A DNA stretch of 64,000 nt from an uncultured bacterium (GCA_937952265.1 CALFYW010000055.1:58478-122477), one strand, 5' to 3'. Counted from the stretch's first letter, positions 20,301-29,640 are shown. Translations and numbers: made by a program. Notes: a model not told the origin generated them from the letters alone.

Positions 20301-23300
20301 AGGAAATCAAACTCACGTCCACAGGAAGTGACACATCCGAATGGACAAAAACGTACTTTGATGCCGTGGGCCGTGAGTTTAAAACCGTTTTTGCGGATTC
20401 AACAACCGGAACAGAAGCCGATAATCCATACAGCCAGCGATTTTACAACAGTTTGGGGCAACTGTCTAAGACCAGAGATCCCGATGGGGTCATCACGCTT
20501 TACGTGTATGACGCTAAAGGAGAGTTGGTCCGTCAAGTGGCTGACTTGGACCAGGATGGCGTCATCGATACAAGCGGAACCGACCGAATCAGTGACCTCG
20601 TTGACGATATCGTCAGCTATTCGAGCACCGATGTGATGGTGCAGACGAACTTTGTCTTCACAACCAATACATCGAGCGTAACCAATAAGGTGTCCATTTC
20701 ACGGCGATCCACCGACGGGTTAAAGAGCTGGCAGAGCGTTTTTAAGGACCAGTCCACCGAGGTCATCACAAGCTCGCAGACCGTGTATCCCGGTAGTGGA
20801 GTGCGCACCGAGACCACGACCTACCCGGACAGTTCCAGTGTGGTTAAGTCCTATTCCTACGGTCGGTTGTCGACCGTCACGCGCAAGAACTCATCAGGCG
20901 GGCAGGTGACGAAGGCCACCTACGCCTACGACGTCCACGGTCGAGTGAGTTCAATCACAGATGAGCGCAACGGGGCGACAAAGTATTTCTACAACAAAGC
21001 CGATCAGGTGACAAACAGCGTCTCGCCCGCAATCGGAATCGGTCTCGTACAACAGACGCAGACGGCCTACGATTCCCAAGGCCGCGTTATCGCGGTGACA
21101 CAGCCTGACGGGACGATTACGGAGAACGAGTATTTCGAGAACGGCCTGATTTCAAAAACATTCGGGTCGAGAACCTATCCGGTCGAATACACCTATGATG
21201 ATCAAGGTCGACTTAAGACAATGAAAACCTGGAAGGACTATTCAGGAGCATCGGGCGCAGCGATAACGACCTGGAATTATGATCCGTATCGGGGATGGTT
21301 GACGTCCAAGGATTATCCGGACAGTTCCTCTGGGAGTGCTGGAACGTTGGGCCCGACCTACACCTACAAACCAAGTGGCCGATTGGATTCGCGGACTTGG
21401 GAGCGGTCCGGTGTGCTGACGAAAAGCTATCACTACAACTCGGCGGGGGATCTTGACTCGATCGTGGACGGCGAAACGACGGAAAGAACGTTTTCCTACG
21501 ATCGGCGAGGTCGACTGCAAACGGTAGCCTTCAACGGGATCACAACGACATTTTCATATAACGATGCGAACCAAAAGCTCAGCGAGAGCTATTCTGGTGG
21601 CAGTTTGGACGGTTTATCTGTCCACTCGGGATACGATTCTGAGCTCGACAGGATTTCATTGACATCAAAAGACGGTTCAACAACATTGGACACAACAACC
21701 TACACTTACGATACCGCTGGGCGCATCTCGTCGGTAACAAGCGACACACATCCAGCAATTTATGGATATTTAGGAGATTCGAGGTTGATCGAAACCGTAA
21801 CGTTCAAAAACGACGCGTGGAGCGACCGCCTAATCACCACGCGCACATTTGATAAACTAAATCGCTTAACGGCAATTGCATCCGAGCCAGTCGGGGGGGC
21901 TGCATCAAGTCTCCCGCTGAGCTATGCCTACGATTATAATCAGGCAAATCAGCGTGTTCGCCGCACTGACGCCAACGGGTCCTATTGGGTTTACATTTAC
22001 GACAAGCTGGGGCAAGTGATTTCGGGCAAACGCTACTGGGCGGACGGATTTCCAGTGGACGGACAGCAATTTGAATACAGCTTTGACGATATCGGAAATC
22101 GACAGGAAACCGGCGGACGCGAGTCGGCGGAATCCACATATACCTCGAATTACTTGAACCAGTACTCACAACGCACAGTATCGGACAAGGTTGACGTGCA
22201 CGGAATCGCGAATCCGACCGCAAGCGTCACGGTCAACTCCAATACGGCGGATCGAAAAGGGGAGTACTTCCACTATCCCCTCACTGTCAACAACAGCTCC
22301 ACAGCGCAATATCCAACGGTGACGGTAACATCGAACTACGGCGGCACCCAGAGCAGCTCTGGCGAAGTGTATGTTCCCCAAACACCTGAGTCATTCAGCT
22401 ACGATGATGACGGGAACCTAACCGCCGACGGGAGGTGGACCTACACATGGGATAATGAAAATCGCTTAACCGAAATGAAGCGCGACGTGGCAAGCCCGGT
22501 GGGTGCACGGCTCCGAATGACCTTCGAGTATGATTACCAGGGACGGCGAATACGGAAGCGCTTTTATACCTACAGTGGCTCATGGGTGGAACAAACCGAC
22601 ATGCTATACCTTTACGATGGTTGGAATGTGATTGCCGAGCTGAATGCGAACAGCGGCAACGCAAAGATTCGCACCTACATGTGGGGTATTGATTTAAGCG
22701 GGTCTGAACAAGGTGCGGGCGGTGTTGGCGGGCTGCTGAAGATCAAGGACTACACCAGTGGCACCAAACACTACTTTGTCGCCTACGACGGAAATGGTAA
22801 TGTCATGGGTCTTGTTGATGCGGCCGATGGAAGCGTTGACGCCGTGTATGAATACGGTCCCTTCGGGGAGCCGCTGCGAGCGACGGGTAGTGCGGCCGCG
22901 AACCCTATAAGATTTTCAAGCAAATACGCTGACTCTACCTCTGGCTTGCTTTACTACGGGTACAGATACTACAACCCGCAAACAGGGAGGTGGCTGAACC
23001 GGGATCCGATTGGGGAGGAAGGGAATTCGAACGTTTACGGATTCGTGAATAACAATTCGCTTTCTCAGGTCGATCTTCTCGGGCTTTGCAGGTGTTCAAT
23101 CATTGAGCCGTTGACCGTTCGCCTTGAAATTCCCGACCATTACAGAGCAATATCAAGAATAGAAGGAAAAGGTCCAATTTGGGACGGAGACGACGCTCAG
23201 GTAATGTTCACTATGAAGGCCGTATTCGCCAATGAGTGCTGTGAGTTCCGCCAAAAGCTGCGAAGTCATATTAGATATGACGGTGAAGTGAAGAGGAGGA

Positions 23301-23614
23301 GCGACAAAGAGTTCAAGGAAGACAAAGATATTTATTCAGGAAAGGGGTTCTCGAGGGAGAATGATCCTGGAGATTACGAAACACGTCCCGACGGGAGCGT
23401 AGTGTTTTCGTCAGATGATTGGCCCGGTGGTGCAGGCTACGCGGAAGGCAGGGAAGTTAGCGTTTGGATGAGTTTTATAGGGTATATCGTTGACATCTGT
23501 CCGCCATATTCCTACGAGTCTCCGATGCTTATGCCGAATAGCTCAAAATACTACGGTTTTATGGGCTATGGGACATCGCCGTCGATTACCGTCAAGACAT
23601 GGGGGTTCCAGTGA
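17363..23614 (+). CDS. Sec-secreted Rhs/YD-repeat polymorphic toxin
   Basis: Signal peptide MRAPHVLTAVAVSLGLWFASPMQA; many YD repeats; core RYYNPQTGRWLNRDPIG...DLLGL followed by about 175-aa variable C-terminus; start reassigned to 17363. Confidence 0.93.
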   Translation: MRAPHVLTAVAVSLGLWFASPMQAQISCTDCLVEFKTAFAKRPKVGKFAYVFNNLPKREVYKTYTYESLWEENYDGDMGTSKNWNAKWEQAETHNYDPDDFTLISGSTYECQNYSTTSTITDEVHKTTVTVAEDGSETEENVIATYNFSTDTWDSSCKKDFFHDPNDNCYNDMSFGGLTKVVGTASDDSPADTATTHTVITDYARYSGYERKTTITETLSDEYTTDELIDNLNADLDTALASAGWTGSGSSSLYLPSSEACAEADKMIYRFKLPAAEADVEYEISWQEVFRRDGGTSSATDKSEIVVGEGGLTYGIEHTGEVPSENGIVTVENISVEIHSNGGTNGGGGPPGSGSVGFGGGSSSYGGDIGCGPCAGGGIGIGNGAFASISMGQTGFGRSAGNIYFATATATPVMAKPKILFYNVERPDIDIVRVEGDIHQIKTHQVLAHVDIINDYKFEIQFYYDSDVGTKSGETYPLINFPTPFVTWRFENPDASPTIYNKLKVTEIRGVISRVWEYTYSSGSNHTWVLTKPGSIQEEELVWSADGQSPATREVTIEFRKPAGANELVIYRKYQEYSWGEGMIEESIGEGAEKQTTTYTYLSTALYGSARPVEKIVHHDGSWQWFTYTGDNLPSIVYSSYGNQAPTTTASLCRKVEYNYTSPSGSGDVATINPRSARIVDEYVLGEHVSRRFTIFRNGERLDIVCQTVSTSTTWNAGDNLVTTTTYYTSGANEDRVKSIEYPDGTAELYTYSESTNFTTNVSRGVPNTSPPTAITDGTTTTTVVNEAGFLVSRTVVDIGSSKTLSSETYDNHDEFGRPQETEYLDLTTTEANFSCCGIDNTVGKDGLVTSYYYDDLNRQIASLANGILHTNVLNSVGNVLVQIRKGTDSSEIVLNQSAYDTAGQTITVTNALGGITSIVYEIENSRQKITTTYPDSGQRVEYYYRDGRVEKVYGDATTSPVKYVYGVEDHAGVDREYRKEIKLTSTGSDTSEWTKTYFDAVGREFKTVFADSTTGTEADNPYSQRFYNSLGQLSKTRDPDGVITLYVYDAKGELVRQVADLDQDGVIDTSGTDRISDLVDDIVSYSSTDVMVQTNFVFTTNTSSVTNKVSISRRSTDGLKSWQSVFKDQSTEVITSSQTVYPGSGVRTETTTYPDSSSVVKSYSYGRLSTVTRKNSSGGQVTKATYAYDVHGRVSSITDERNGATKYFYNKADQVTNSVSPAIGIGLVQQTQTAYDSQGRVIAVTQPDGTITENEYFENGLISKTFGSRTYPVEYTYDDQGRLKTMKTWKDYSGASGAAITTWNYDPYRGWLTSKDYPDSSSGSAGTLGPTYTYKPSGRLDSRTWERSGVLTKSYHYNSAGDLDSIVDGETTERTFSYDRRGRLQTVAFNGITTTFSYNDANQKLSESYSGGSLDGLSVHSGYDSELDRISLTSKDGSTTLDTTTYTYDTAGRISSVTSDTHPAIYGYLGDSRLIETVTFKNDAWSDRLITTRTFDKLNRLTAIASEPVGGAASSLPLSYAYDYNQANQRVRRTDANGSYWVYIYDKLGQVISGKRYWADGFPVDGQQFEYSFDDIGNRQETGGRESAESTYTSNYLNQYSQRTVSDKVDVHGIANPTASVTVNSNTADRKGEYFHYPLTVNNSSTAQYPTVTVTSNYGGTQSSSGEVYVPQTPESFSYDDDGNLTADGRWTYTWDNENRLTEMKRDVASPVGARLRMTFEYDYQGRRIRKRFYTYSGSWVEQTDMLYLYDGWNVIAELNANSGNAKIRTYMWGIDLSGSEQGAGGVGGLLKIKDYTSGTKHYFVAYDGNGNVMGLVDAADGSVDAVYEYGPFGEPLRATGSAAANPIRFSSKYADSTSGLLYYGYRYYNPQTGRWLNRDPIGEEGNSNVYGFVNNNSLSQVDLLGLCRCSIIEPLTVRLEIPDHYRAISRIEGKGPIWDGDDAQVMFTMKAVFANECCEFRQKLRSHIRYDGEVKRRSDKEFKEDKDIYSGKGFSRENDPGDYETRPDGSVVFSSDDWPGGAGYAEGREVSVWMSFIGYIVDICPPYSYESPMLMPNSSKYYGFMGYGTSPSITVKTWGFQ

Positions 23615-24549
23615 GTAAACGATTCGATTCAATATTACGTGGCCTTACGATAGGACAAATTGCTGTATTGAGCACGATGTGGCAGACAGTCGGGCAGAGC
23701 GCGTTAGAGTTGCCTAATGTCCAGAAGTTCCTGGACGCTGCAAATTTAGTCGTTCTCGGTTCGAGTCAAGACGTATTCAAACCCGGCGGTCGAAGTCTTT
23801 TCTGGAGACGACTTGAGCAGCCAATTGTGCTTAAAGGAGAATTCGATCCCACTCATGTTCTCTGGTATGGCTCGACGAAAGAGCGATTCATAGATCAAGG
23901 TTTTTGGGATGCGGGAAAGGTGCATCTGGTATTCCTGAGCCACCGCGTAGATGGGGTTTTTGACACAGCGGGCGATGAGATGTGGGCGCTGGTCGATTTG
24001 GGTGATGGAAAATCGGGAATTCTAGAGATTTGTAGTTCATCAAAGGATATACTACCTCGTAAATCTGGCAGCGTAATGCCTGAGTATGGTGGTAGTGAAG
24101 CGCTAATATCTACGCTATTGACAGAGTCCGACGAGATGAAACGCGTCTTGGCCATAGTTAATTTACACCGATTGAAAGCGAAGGACCGGCGGACCAGAGA
24201 TGCCCTAGTGAGTGCGTTAAGAGACAGGAGTTTTCTTGTAAGATTGTTCGCTGTGCAATCAATGGAAATGTTTAGAGGGCAAGAGGAGCAAATCGTTCCA
24301 CTACTGATCGAAATGCTCAAAGATGAGTACGGAGAGGTGAGGGCGGAATCCGCGAGAGTCTTGATGGGTTTTGGTAATCGTGCAAGGGATGCTCTTGAAC
24401 CGTTGAAGGCTGCATTGAAGGAGGACGGATTAGCAATCATGCAGCAAGCAATTGAGAGGATCGAAACGGACGAATCCGCTGTTGAATCGGGCAAGGGGAA
24501 CAGCGAAGGGGAGGGTCGTGGGCAGGATAGTCAAGGAGCCGTGCCGTAG
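23611..24549 (+). CDS. Putative cognate immunity protein with HEAT repeats
   Basis: GTGA overlap with Rhs stop; LVSALRDRSFLVR and LIEMLKDEYGEVRAESARVL HEAT-like repeats. Confidence 0.65.
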   Translation: MSKRFDSILRGLTIGQIAVLSTMWQTVGQSALELPNVQKFLDAANLVVLGSSQDVFKPGGRSLFWRRLEQPIVLKGEFDPTHVLWYGSTKERFIDQGFWDAGKVHLVFLSHRVDGVFDTAGDEMWALVDLGDGKSGILEICSSSKDILPRKSGSVMPEYGGSEALISTLLTESDEMKRVLAIVNLHRLKAKDRRTRDALVSALRDRSFLVRLFAVQSMEMFRGQEEQIVPLLIEMLKDEYGEVRAESARVLMGFGNRARDALEPLKAALKEDGLAIMQQAIERIETDESAVESGKGNSEGEGRGQDSQGAVP

Positions 24550-24795
24550 CGCAAAGATCGCAGGGAGGCTACGGCGCCGGACTGATTTGTGAGTGCACCA
24601 AGACCGCCGGTATTCGTCTGTTTCTATAAGCGTCACCCATTAGGGCGAACGGTCAAGAGGCAAAAAGTTGTTAGCTCCGAACTTTTGTGTCCGGTAGTCG
24701 CGCGCCATGAAGCGCCAGCTTTGAAGGGGCTGGATTCGATCCTGCGTTCTTGTCACTGATTTCGAATCGTCCCGTAGGAGTGGCGCGAGAATACC

Positions 24796-25143
24796 GTGGC
24801 AACTTCAAATCAGGAGGAATACTACTTATATTGGTATGTGACAAACTGTCCAACGAGCAAGACGGATTCATTTGGGTTGCGTAGCTCATCAAGGTCATTC
24901 TGGGCGACGATTTTCGGCCTTTTGGCCGGTTTATTTGGTTGTAAGCCATCCATTCCAAGGCTTCCTCAGAATCCCGGAATGGGTGATCTTGAGAAGGCTG
25001 CGTTGCAAAGGATTTGGGCTGCTTGCAGCAAAGGAAAGAACCCTGCACCAGGAGATTGTGAGATTGTCTGCGCACCATTTCATGAGGGTGGTATAACACC
25101 GTATTTAACCTGTCTTGAACAATGCGACAATTGCTGGAAATAG
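24796..25143 (+). pseudogene. Orphan Rhs C-terminal toxin tip 1 (Cys-rich)
   Basis: LYWYVTNCPTSKTDSFGL matches the end of an Rhs core; no full core upstream. Confidence 0.7.
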
Positions 25144-25526
25144 TTTCTGTCGCCGTTGCAATCATCGCCTGTGCTTTTTGCATTTGGCAATTCTATGCCA
25201 AGAATAGCTTATATAATTACCGGAAACTCGACTTAAACGGTGATGGATTTGCCGAAACAAAATCTGAGCGTTACTTTCACAGTGACCGGTTGATACTTCG
25301 GGTTTTGAGCGATTCTCGAGAAGGATCTGCGGATATATCCGGTGCGATCTTCTATCCATCCAGCGAAATTTCGATAGTAATAGGCGCGCAGGAGGATGAG
25401 GATCACCTTGGATTTTTCCAAATCCGTAGCGGAACGAACGTTATAAGAATCCGCCGGGACTTTGATGGAACACTTCGGATTCTTGAAGAGTTCGAAGAGG
25501 CACACATTCACTTCCCGGAACACTGA
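25122..25526 (+). CDS. Putative membrane-anchored immunity protein for orphan tip 1
   Basis: Overlaps tip stop; N-terminal TM helix; DLNGDG. Confidence 0.55.
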   Translation: MRQLLEIVSVAVAIIACAFCIWQFYAKNSLYNYRKLDLNGDGFAETKSERYFHSDRLILRVLSDSREGSADISGAIFYPSSEISIVIGAQEDEDHLGFFQIRSGTNVIRIRRDFDGTLRILEEFEEAHIHFPEH

Positions 25527-25543
25527 GCGCGATAACACGAAGG

Positions 25544-26149
25544 GTGCTTACAGTATATGATGATGTCAATCAATTGACCAGCACGTTCGGGGCGCGAAGC
25601 TCAACTCTATACGATTGGGAAACACGCTACGCCGCATATCGGTGGGATGAAGAGACCGGTCTCTATCAAGTGCGTTATCGATATTTGCATCCGACACTGG
25701 GCAGGTGGTTGAGTCGGGATCCGCTTTTCGAAGCCGATCATGTCAATATGTTTTCCTACTGTCACAATCGACCCACTACAAGCTCCGACCCAACCGGATT
25801 AAAATGCATCTTGCTCTCGAACGGAATGGTCTACGACACAAAGAAGCAGCGTGTCGTTTTTTGGAGTGGAGATGCAAAGGCGACACACGACTTTATTTGG
25901 GAATGCAACGTTCGCTCTAAGCTTCCAGTCTTGGGTGTGTGTTTTATCTTTCTCGGCTTTATTGAACCTGACGACCCAGCTTGGTGCACCTACCAGTGTC
26001 CAAGTGATTATCCGAAAACGCATTGGATTCGCTTGGAGCCTGGACAAGAAGTTTGTCCCGATGAGATCGAAATTGACGACGAGGTTTGCATCGAGGGTAT
26101 CGGAAATCCGGATCCACCCGGTCTCCCGCCTGGTCGAGTTCCCATTTGA
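25544..26149 (+). CDS. Orphan Rhs core fragment + C-terminal tip 2
   Basis: ETGLYQVRYRYLHPTLGRWLSRDPL...YCHNRPTTSSDPTGL then Cys-rich tip. Confidence 0.8.
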   Translation: MLTVYDDVNQLTSTFGARSSTLYDWETRYAAYRWDEETGLYQVRYRYLHPTLGRWLSRDPLFEADHVNMFSYCHNRPTTSSDPTGLKCILLSNGMVYDTKKQRVVFWSGDAKATHDFIWECNVRSKLPVLGVCFIFLGFIEPDDPAWCTYQCPSDYPKTHWIRLEPGQEVCPDEIEIDDEVCIEGIGNPDPPGLPPGRVPI

Positions 26150-26170
26150 GACCCCCATCTGAGGTGAAAT

Positions 26171-26689
26171 TTGAGCATCTCTCTTTTACCAGCCAACAGA
26201 AAGCCCGCTAGACTTTTCTTCGAACCGCAAAGTCGCTGCCTCTTGCTTCAGGCGCGATGTGAGGAGCCTAAAGGCGTTCCATTCGAGCTTTATTCGAGAA
26301 ACCTAGGAGAATCTACCTATAAACGAATAGTATTCGAGTCGCGTGATTTGTCCGTCAAAGATGTTTTAGTTATCTCGGGACAAGCAAGCGCTTTCATATC
26401 AATAACAAAGTGGGCAAATGGCGCGGGAGTATTTTGGGGCCTTTATGAGTTGAACCTCAACTCGATTACGTGCTCAAGGCGAATTTTTAAATCGGATCTG
26501 CAACTACCAAAGAGTTTTGATTCTGTTTCGGTTCCTTGCCTCTTAGAAAGCGATCGAGACGGGCAACTACTCGTGTGCGTTGCCGGGCTAAAGCGGAATA
26601 AGAAACTTATTGGATATTTTCTCGCGGAAATCGACACTGTTTCGTTTAAACTCTCGACCGTCGATTCTTTACAATCTCCGTTTGGATGA
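26171..26689 (+). CDS. Putative immunity protein for orphan tip 2
   Basis: Position directly after tip; AT-richer composition. Confidence 0.5.
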   Translation: MSISLLPANRKPARLFFEPQSRCLLLQARCEEPKGVPFELYSRNLGESTYKRIVFESRDLSVKDVLVISGQASAFISITKWANGAGVFWGLYELNLNSITCSRRIFKSDLQLPKSFDSVSVPCLLESDRDGQLLVCVAGLKRNKKLIGYFLAEIDTVSFKLSTVDSLQSPFG

Positions 26690-26873
26690 AGAATTGTTGA
26701 ACGTGGTAAGAACTCAACCGTGGTTCTCGGTTTCTGACCTGTTTGGTTGATTTCTTCCGAGATCTCGGGTAGAGCTCTTCGGCTGTTTCGTAGGAGCGAG
26801 CGTCCGGTGTCCAGGAATGTTCAGATATCCGCTATTTTAGTGGCCAAAACCGGAAGAGTTGAATAGATCCTAG

Positions 26874-28694
26874 ATGGACAATAATCCGTTTCAGACCCGT
26901 GTTCCTTCTATATGCGGCAATCCGCAGCTGCGCACACCGCAGCAGGAAGCCTATGAACAACTTGCCGCTTTTGCTGGGGAAGATAACCGAAATGAACGCG
27001 AGATCGGAATCGTTCTGCCCGTTGGATGCGGAAAGTCTGGCCTCATCACGTTGGCGCCCTTTGCGTTCCGTGCGAAACGAACGCTCGTCGTAGCGCCGAG
27101 CGTCAAGATCGCTGAACAGCTTCACCACGATTTCGACCCTGCGCGCCAGGACATGTTCTACGTCAAGTGCGGGGTCTTGAATAGTCAACCGTATCCGGAA
27201 CCCGCCGAGATCCGCGGCAAGGCGACGAATCGGGCGGACCTTGTGGAAGCCGATGTTGTGGTGACGAACATTCAGCAGCTTCAGGGCGAGGAAAACCGCT
27301 GGCTTCCGAACCTTCCAGACGACTTCTTTGACCTTATTCTTTTCGACGAAGGACATCACAACGTCGCGCACAGCTGGAACACGTTAAAGGAGAAATTCCC
27401 CACCGCGCGGATCGTTAATTTCAGCGCGACGCCGCTGCGCGCGGACGGCCAGCTCATGGCCGGGCGCATACTGTATTCGTATCCGGTGTTCCGGGCGATC
27501 CAGGAGGCTTACGTCAAGCGCCTGAAGGCGGTTGTTCTGAATCCCCGGACGCTACGCTTTGTCCGACGCGAGGACGGGCAAGAGCTCGAAGTCGACCTTG
27601 ACGAGGTTCGCCGCCTGGGCGAACAGGACGCCGATTTCCGGCGAAGCATTGTGACTTCAACCGAGACGCTGAACACCATTGTCGATGCCTCGATCCGGGA
27701 ATTGGACAAGCGACGCAAGGCAGCACACGACAATCGGCTGAAAATCATTGCTTCGGCTCTTAATTATGAGCATTGCCGGCAGGTCGTCGAGGCTTACCGG
27801 GCGCGCAGCCGTCGCGCCGACTATGTGCATTCCCGCGAGGACAGTGCCGCGAACGATCGCGTGATGCAGCGACTTGAGAATGACGAGCTCGATGTCATCG
27901 TCCAGGTCCGCAAACTCGGCGAGGGGTTCGATCATCCGTATCTTGCTGTTGCCGCAGTGTTCAGCGTGTTCGCGAACCTGTCCCCTTTCGTTCAGTTTGT
28001 CGGTCGCATAATGCGGGTCATCGAGCAAAACGCGCCGGGGAATGTCCTCAACTACGGAACTGTGGTGTTCCATGCCGGGGCCAACGTGGCCAGCCGTTGG
28101 GAAGACTTCCAGCAATACAGCGAGGCCGACCGGAAATTCTTCGACCAGCTTCTGCCGCTCGAAGATCTCGATTTCGGGTCTTCCCACGAGCTGGAAGTCG
28201 AGCCTGAACCGCGTGACTTCGGCGACGGGAAAAGCGTCGATGTACGCGGACAAACGGGCGTTCGACTTGAGGAAATTCCGCTGATCGTGGAAGACGCAGA
28301 AGCCCTGGAAGCGCTGCGAGTTCTGCAGGAGAAGGGCTACACGTCCGACGAAGTGAAGCAGGCGTACGACGAGCTGGAGCCTGTACCAGTGACGCGGGTG
28401 CGGCAGCGGCAGGCGCTGCGCGATGGCCTCGATATGCGTGTTCGCACTGAAACAGCCCGCGTTCTCGCTGAACGTGGCGTCAACGCAGAGGGCCACGACC
28501 TCGACCGCCAGCGGCTCGGCAGGACGAACTTTGTAGTCATAAAGTCCGCCATTGACCGCCAGGTTAATTCGGTAGCCGGAAGGCAGACCGGCGAACGCCA
28601 CGAATTCACGCGCCAGGATCTTGATGCGATCAATGACGATTTCGCGGGAATCGTTGAGAGAGCGGTCAACGAAGTTTTCAATGGCACGAACTAG
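26874..28694 (+). CDS. SF2 DExH helicase (ResIII-like)
   Basis: LPVGCGKS, FDEGHH, FSATP, LGEGFD, QFVGRIMR. Confidence 0.9.
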   Translation: MDNNPFQTRVPSICGNPQLRTPQQEAYEQLAAFAGEDNRNEREIGIVLPVGCGKSGLITLAPFAFRAKRTLVVAPSVKIAEQLHHDFDPARQDMFYVKCGVLNSQPYPEPAEIRGKATNRADLVEADVVVTNIQQLQGEENRWLPNLPDDFFDLILFDEGHHNVAHSWNTLKEKFPTARIVNFSATPLRADGQLMAGRILYSYPVFRAIQEAYVKRLKAVVLNPRTLRFVRREDGQELEVDLDEVRRLGEQDADFRRSIVTSTETLNTIVDASIRELDKRRKAAHDNRLKIIASALNYEHCRQVVEAYRARSRRADYVHSREDSAANDRVMQRLENDELDVIVQVRKLGEGFDHPYLAVAAVFSVFANLSPFVQFVGRIMRVIEQNAPGNVLNYGTVVFHAGANVASRWEDFQQYSEADRKFFDQLLPLEDLDFGSSHELEVEPEPRDFGDGKSVDVRGQTGVRLEEIPLIVEDAEALEALRVLQEKGYTSDEVKQAYDELEPVPVTRVRQRQALRDGLDMRVRTETARVLAERGVNAEGHDLDRQRLGRTNFVVIKSAIDRQVNSVAGRQTGERHEFTRQDLDAINDDFAGIVERAVNEVFNGTN

Positions 28695-28902
28695 ATCACT
28701 TATTGAACAGGCACGGGTCGATGAGGCCATACGAGCGCACAACTGTCAGGCCAACGCCCGGCACCGGATTCAGAAGGGCGAAAAGCGTCTGAAGGTCCGT
28801 AACGGTCGGAGCTGGGACCATTATTGCTTGGAATGCGCCCGAACGATCGTCGGGCGTGACATCGACAAGCTGGAAGAACTATCCGGAGACTTGGCGCCCT
28901 GA
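28681..28902 (+). CDS. Small putative Zn-binding protein (73 aa)
   Basis: HNC..H and YCLECA; overlaps helicase stop; start reassigned to ATG 28681. Confidence 0.7.
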   Translation: MARTRSLIEQARVDEAIRAHNCQANARHRIQKGEKRLKVRNGRSWDHYCLECARTIVGRDIDKLEELSGDLAP

Positions 28903-29021
28903 AAACACGGTCTGCTAGAGCGGCCTAGGTGCCAAGATAATCTTTGGAATGTTGCTACGAGCTTTAGCACTGATCTATTTTCCAAGCCCGACCTGAACCT
29001 CATCTTCGATTTGTAAATAGC

Positions 29022-29588
29022 ATGGGGAAGTGCTCTTACTGTGGAAAACAAGAATCGGATAGTTCAATCACGTGGTGTAGCGAATGTGGATCTGAGGTCT
29101 TCGTTGCGGATTATGACTGGAATCCGGATAACAACAGCTCTGCAGAGAAGCGGAACGGTAGGGTTTTTGCGTTAGCGACTTGTGCAGTGGTAATGCTTGT
29201 CGCGTTTTTGCTGGTGTCAGGATTGGTTCTCTATATGGTCCGCGACACGCTATCCATTCCTATTTGGCTCGCTGATCCCGTCGTCAAGACTGCAGTACGC
29301 CGGGTCGCAACGGATAAGAAGGAAATTGTTACTCTAGTGAATTACGACGCATTCGACTATGAATTTATAAATATCCTAACGAGCACAAGAGTGCTTAGTT
29401 TAGAAGATTCGACGTCGGAGATCCTGCTTCACGATATTCCTCTCACTTCAATTTCCGATGCGTATTTGGATATAAAGGATAATCGGTACTTGATCATCGA
29501 GACTGAAGGTGGTACGAACCACGCGATCTTTTTCGTAGGATCGCCCGATGGCTTCCTGCGCGCATTGCGGAGCGCGATTGAGGAATGA
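29022..29588 (+). CDS. Membrane protein with N-terminal zinc ribbon
   Basis: CSYC...CSEC, single TM helix, beta-rich C-terminal domain. Confidence 0.6.
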   Translation: MGKCSYCGKQESDSSITWCSECGSEVFVADYDWNPDNNSSAEKRNGRVFALATCAVVMLVAFLLVSGLVLYMVRDTLSIPIWLADPVVKTAVRRVATDKKEIVTLVNYDAFDYEFINILTSTRVLSLEDSTSEILLHDIPLTSISDAYLDIKDNRYLIIETEGGTNHAIFFVGSPDGFLRALRSAIEE

Positions 29589-29640
29589 GATTTTGTTTCC
29601 TCAACCCCAAATGACAATGCACTCGGAGACTGATCTACGC

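Noticed and set aside
27657-28742. Long antisense ORFs (also 3144-4106, 9140-9718, 23895-24494)
   Set aside because: Shadows of well-supported genes on the opposite strand with no motifs
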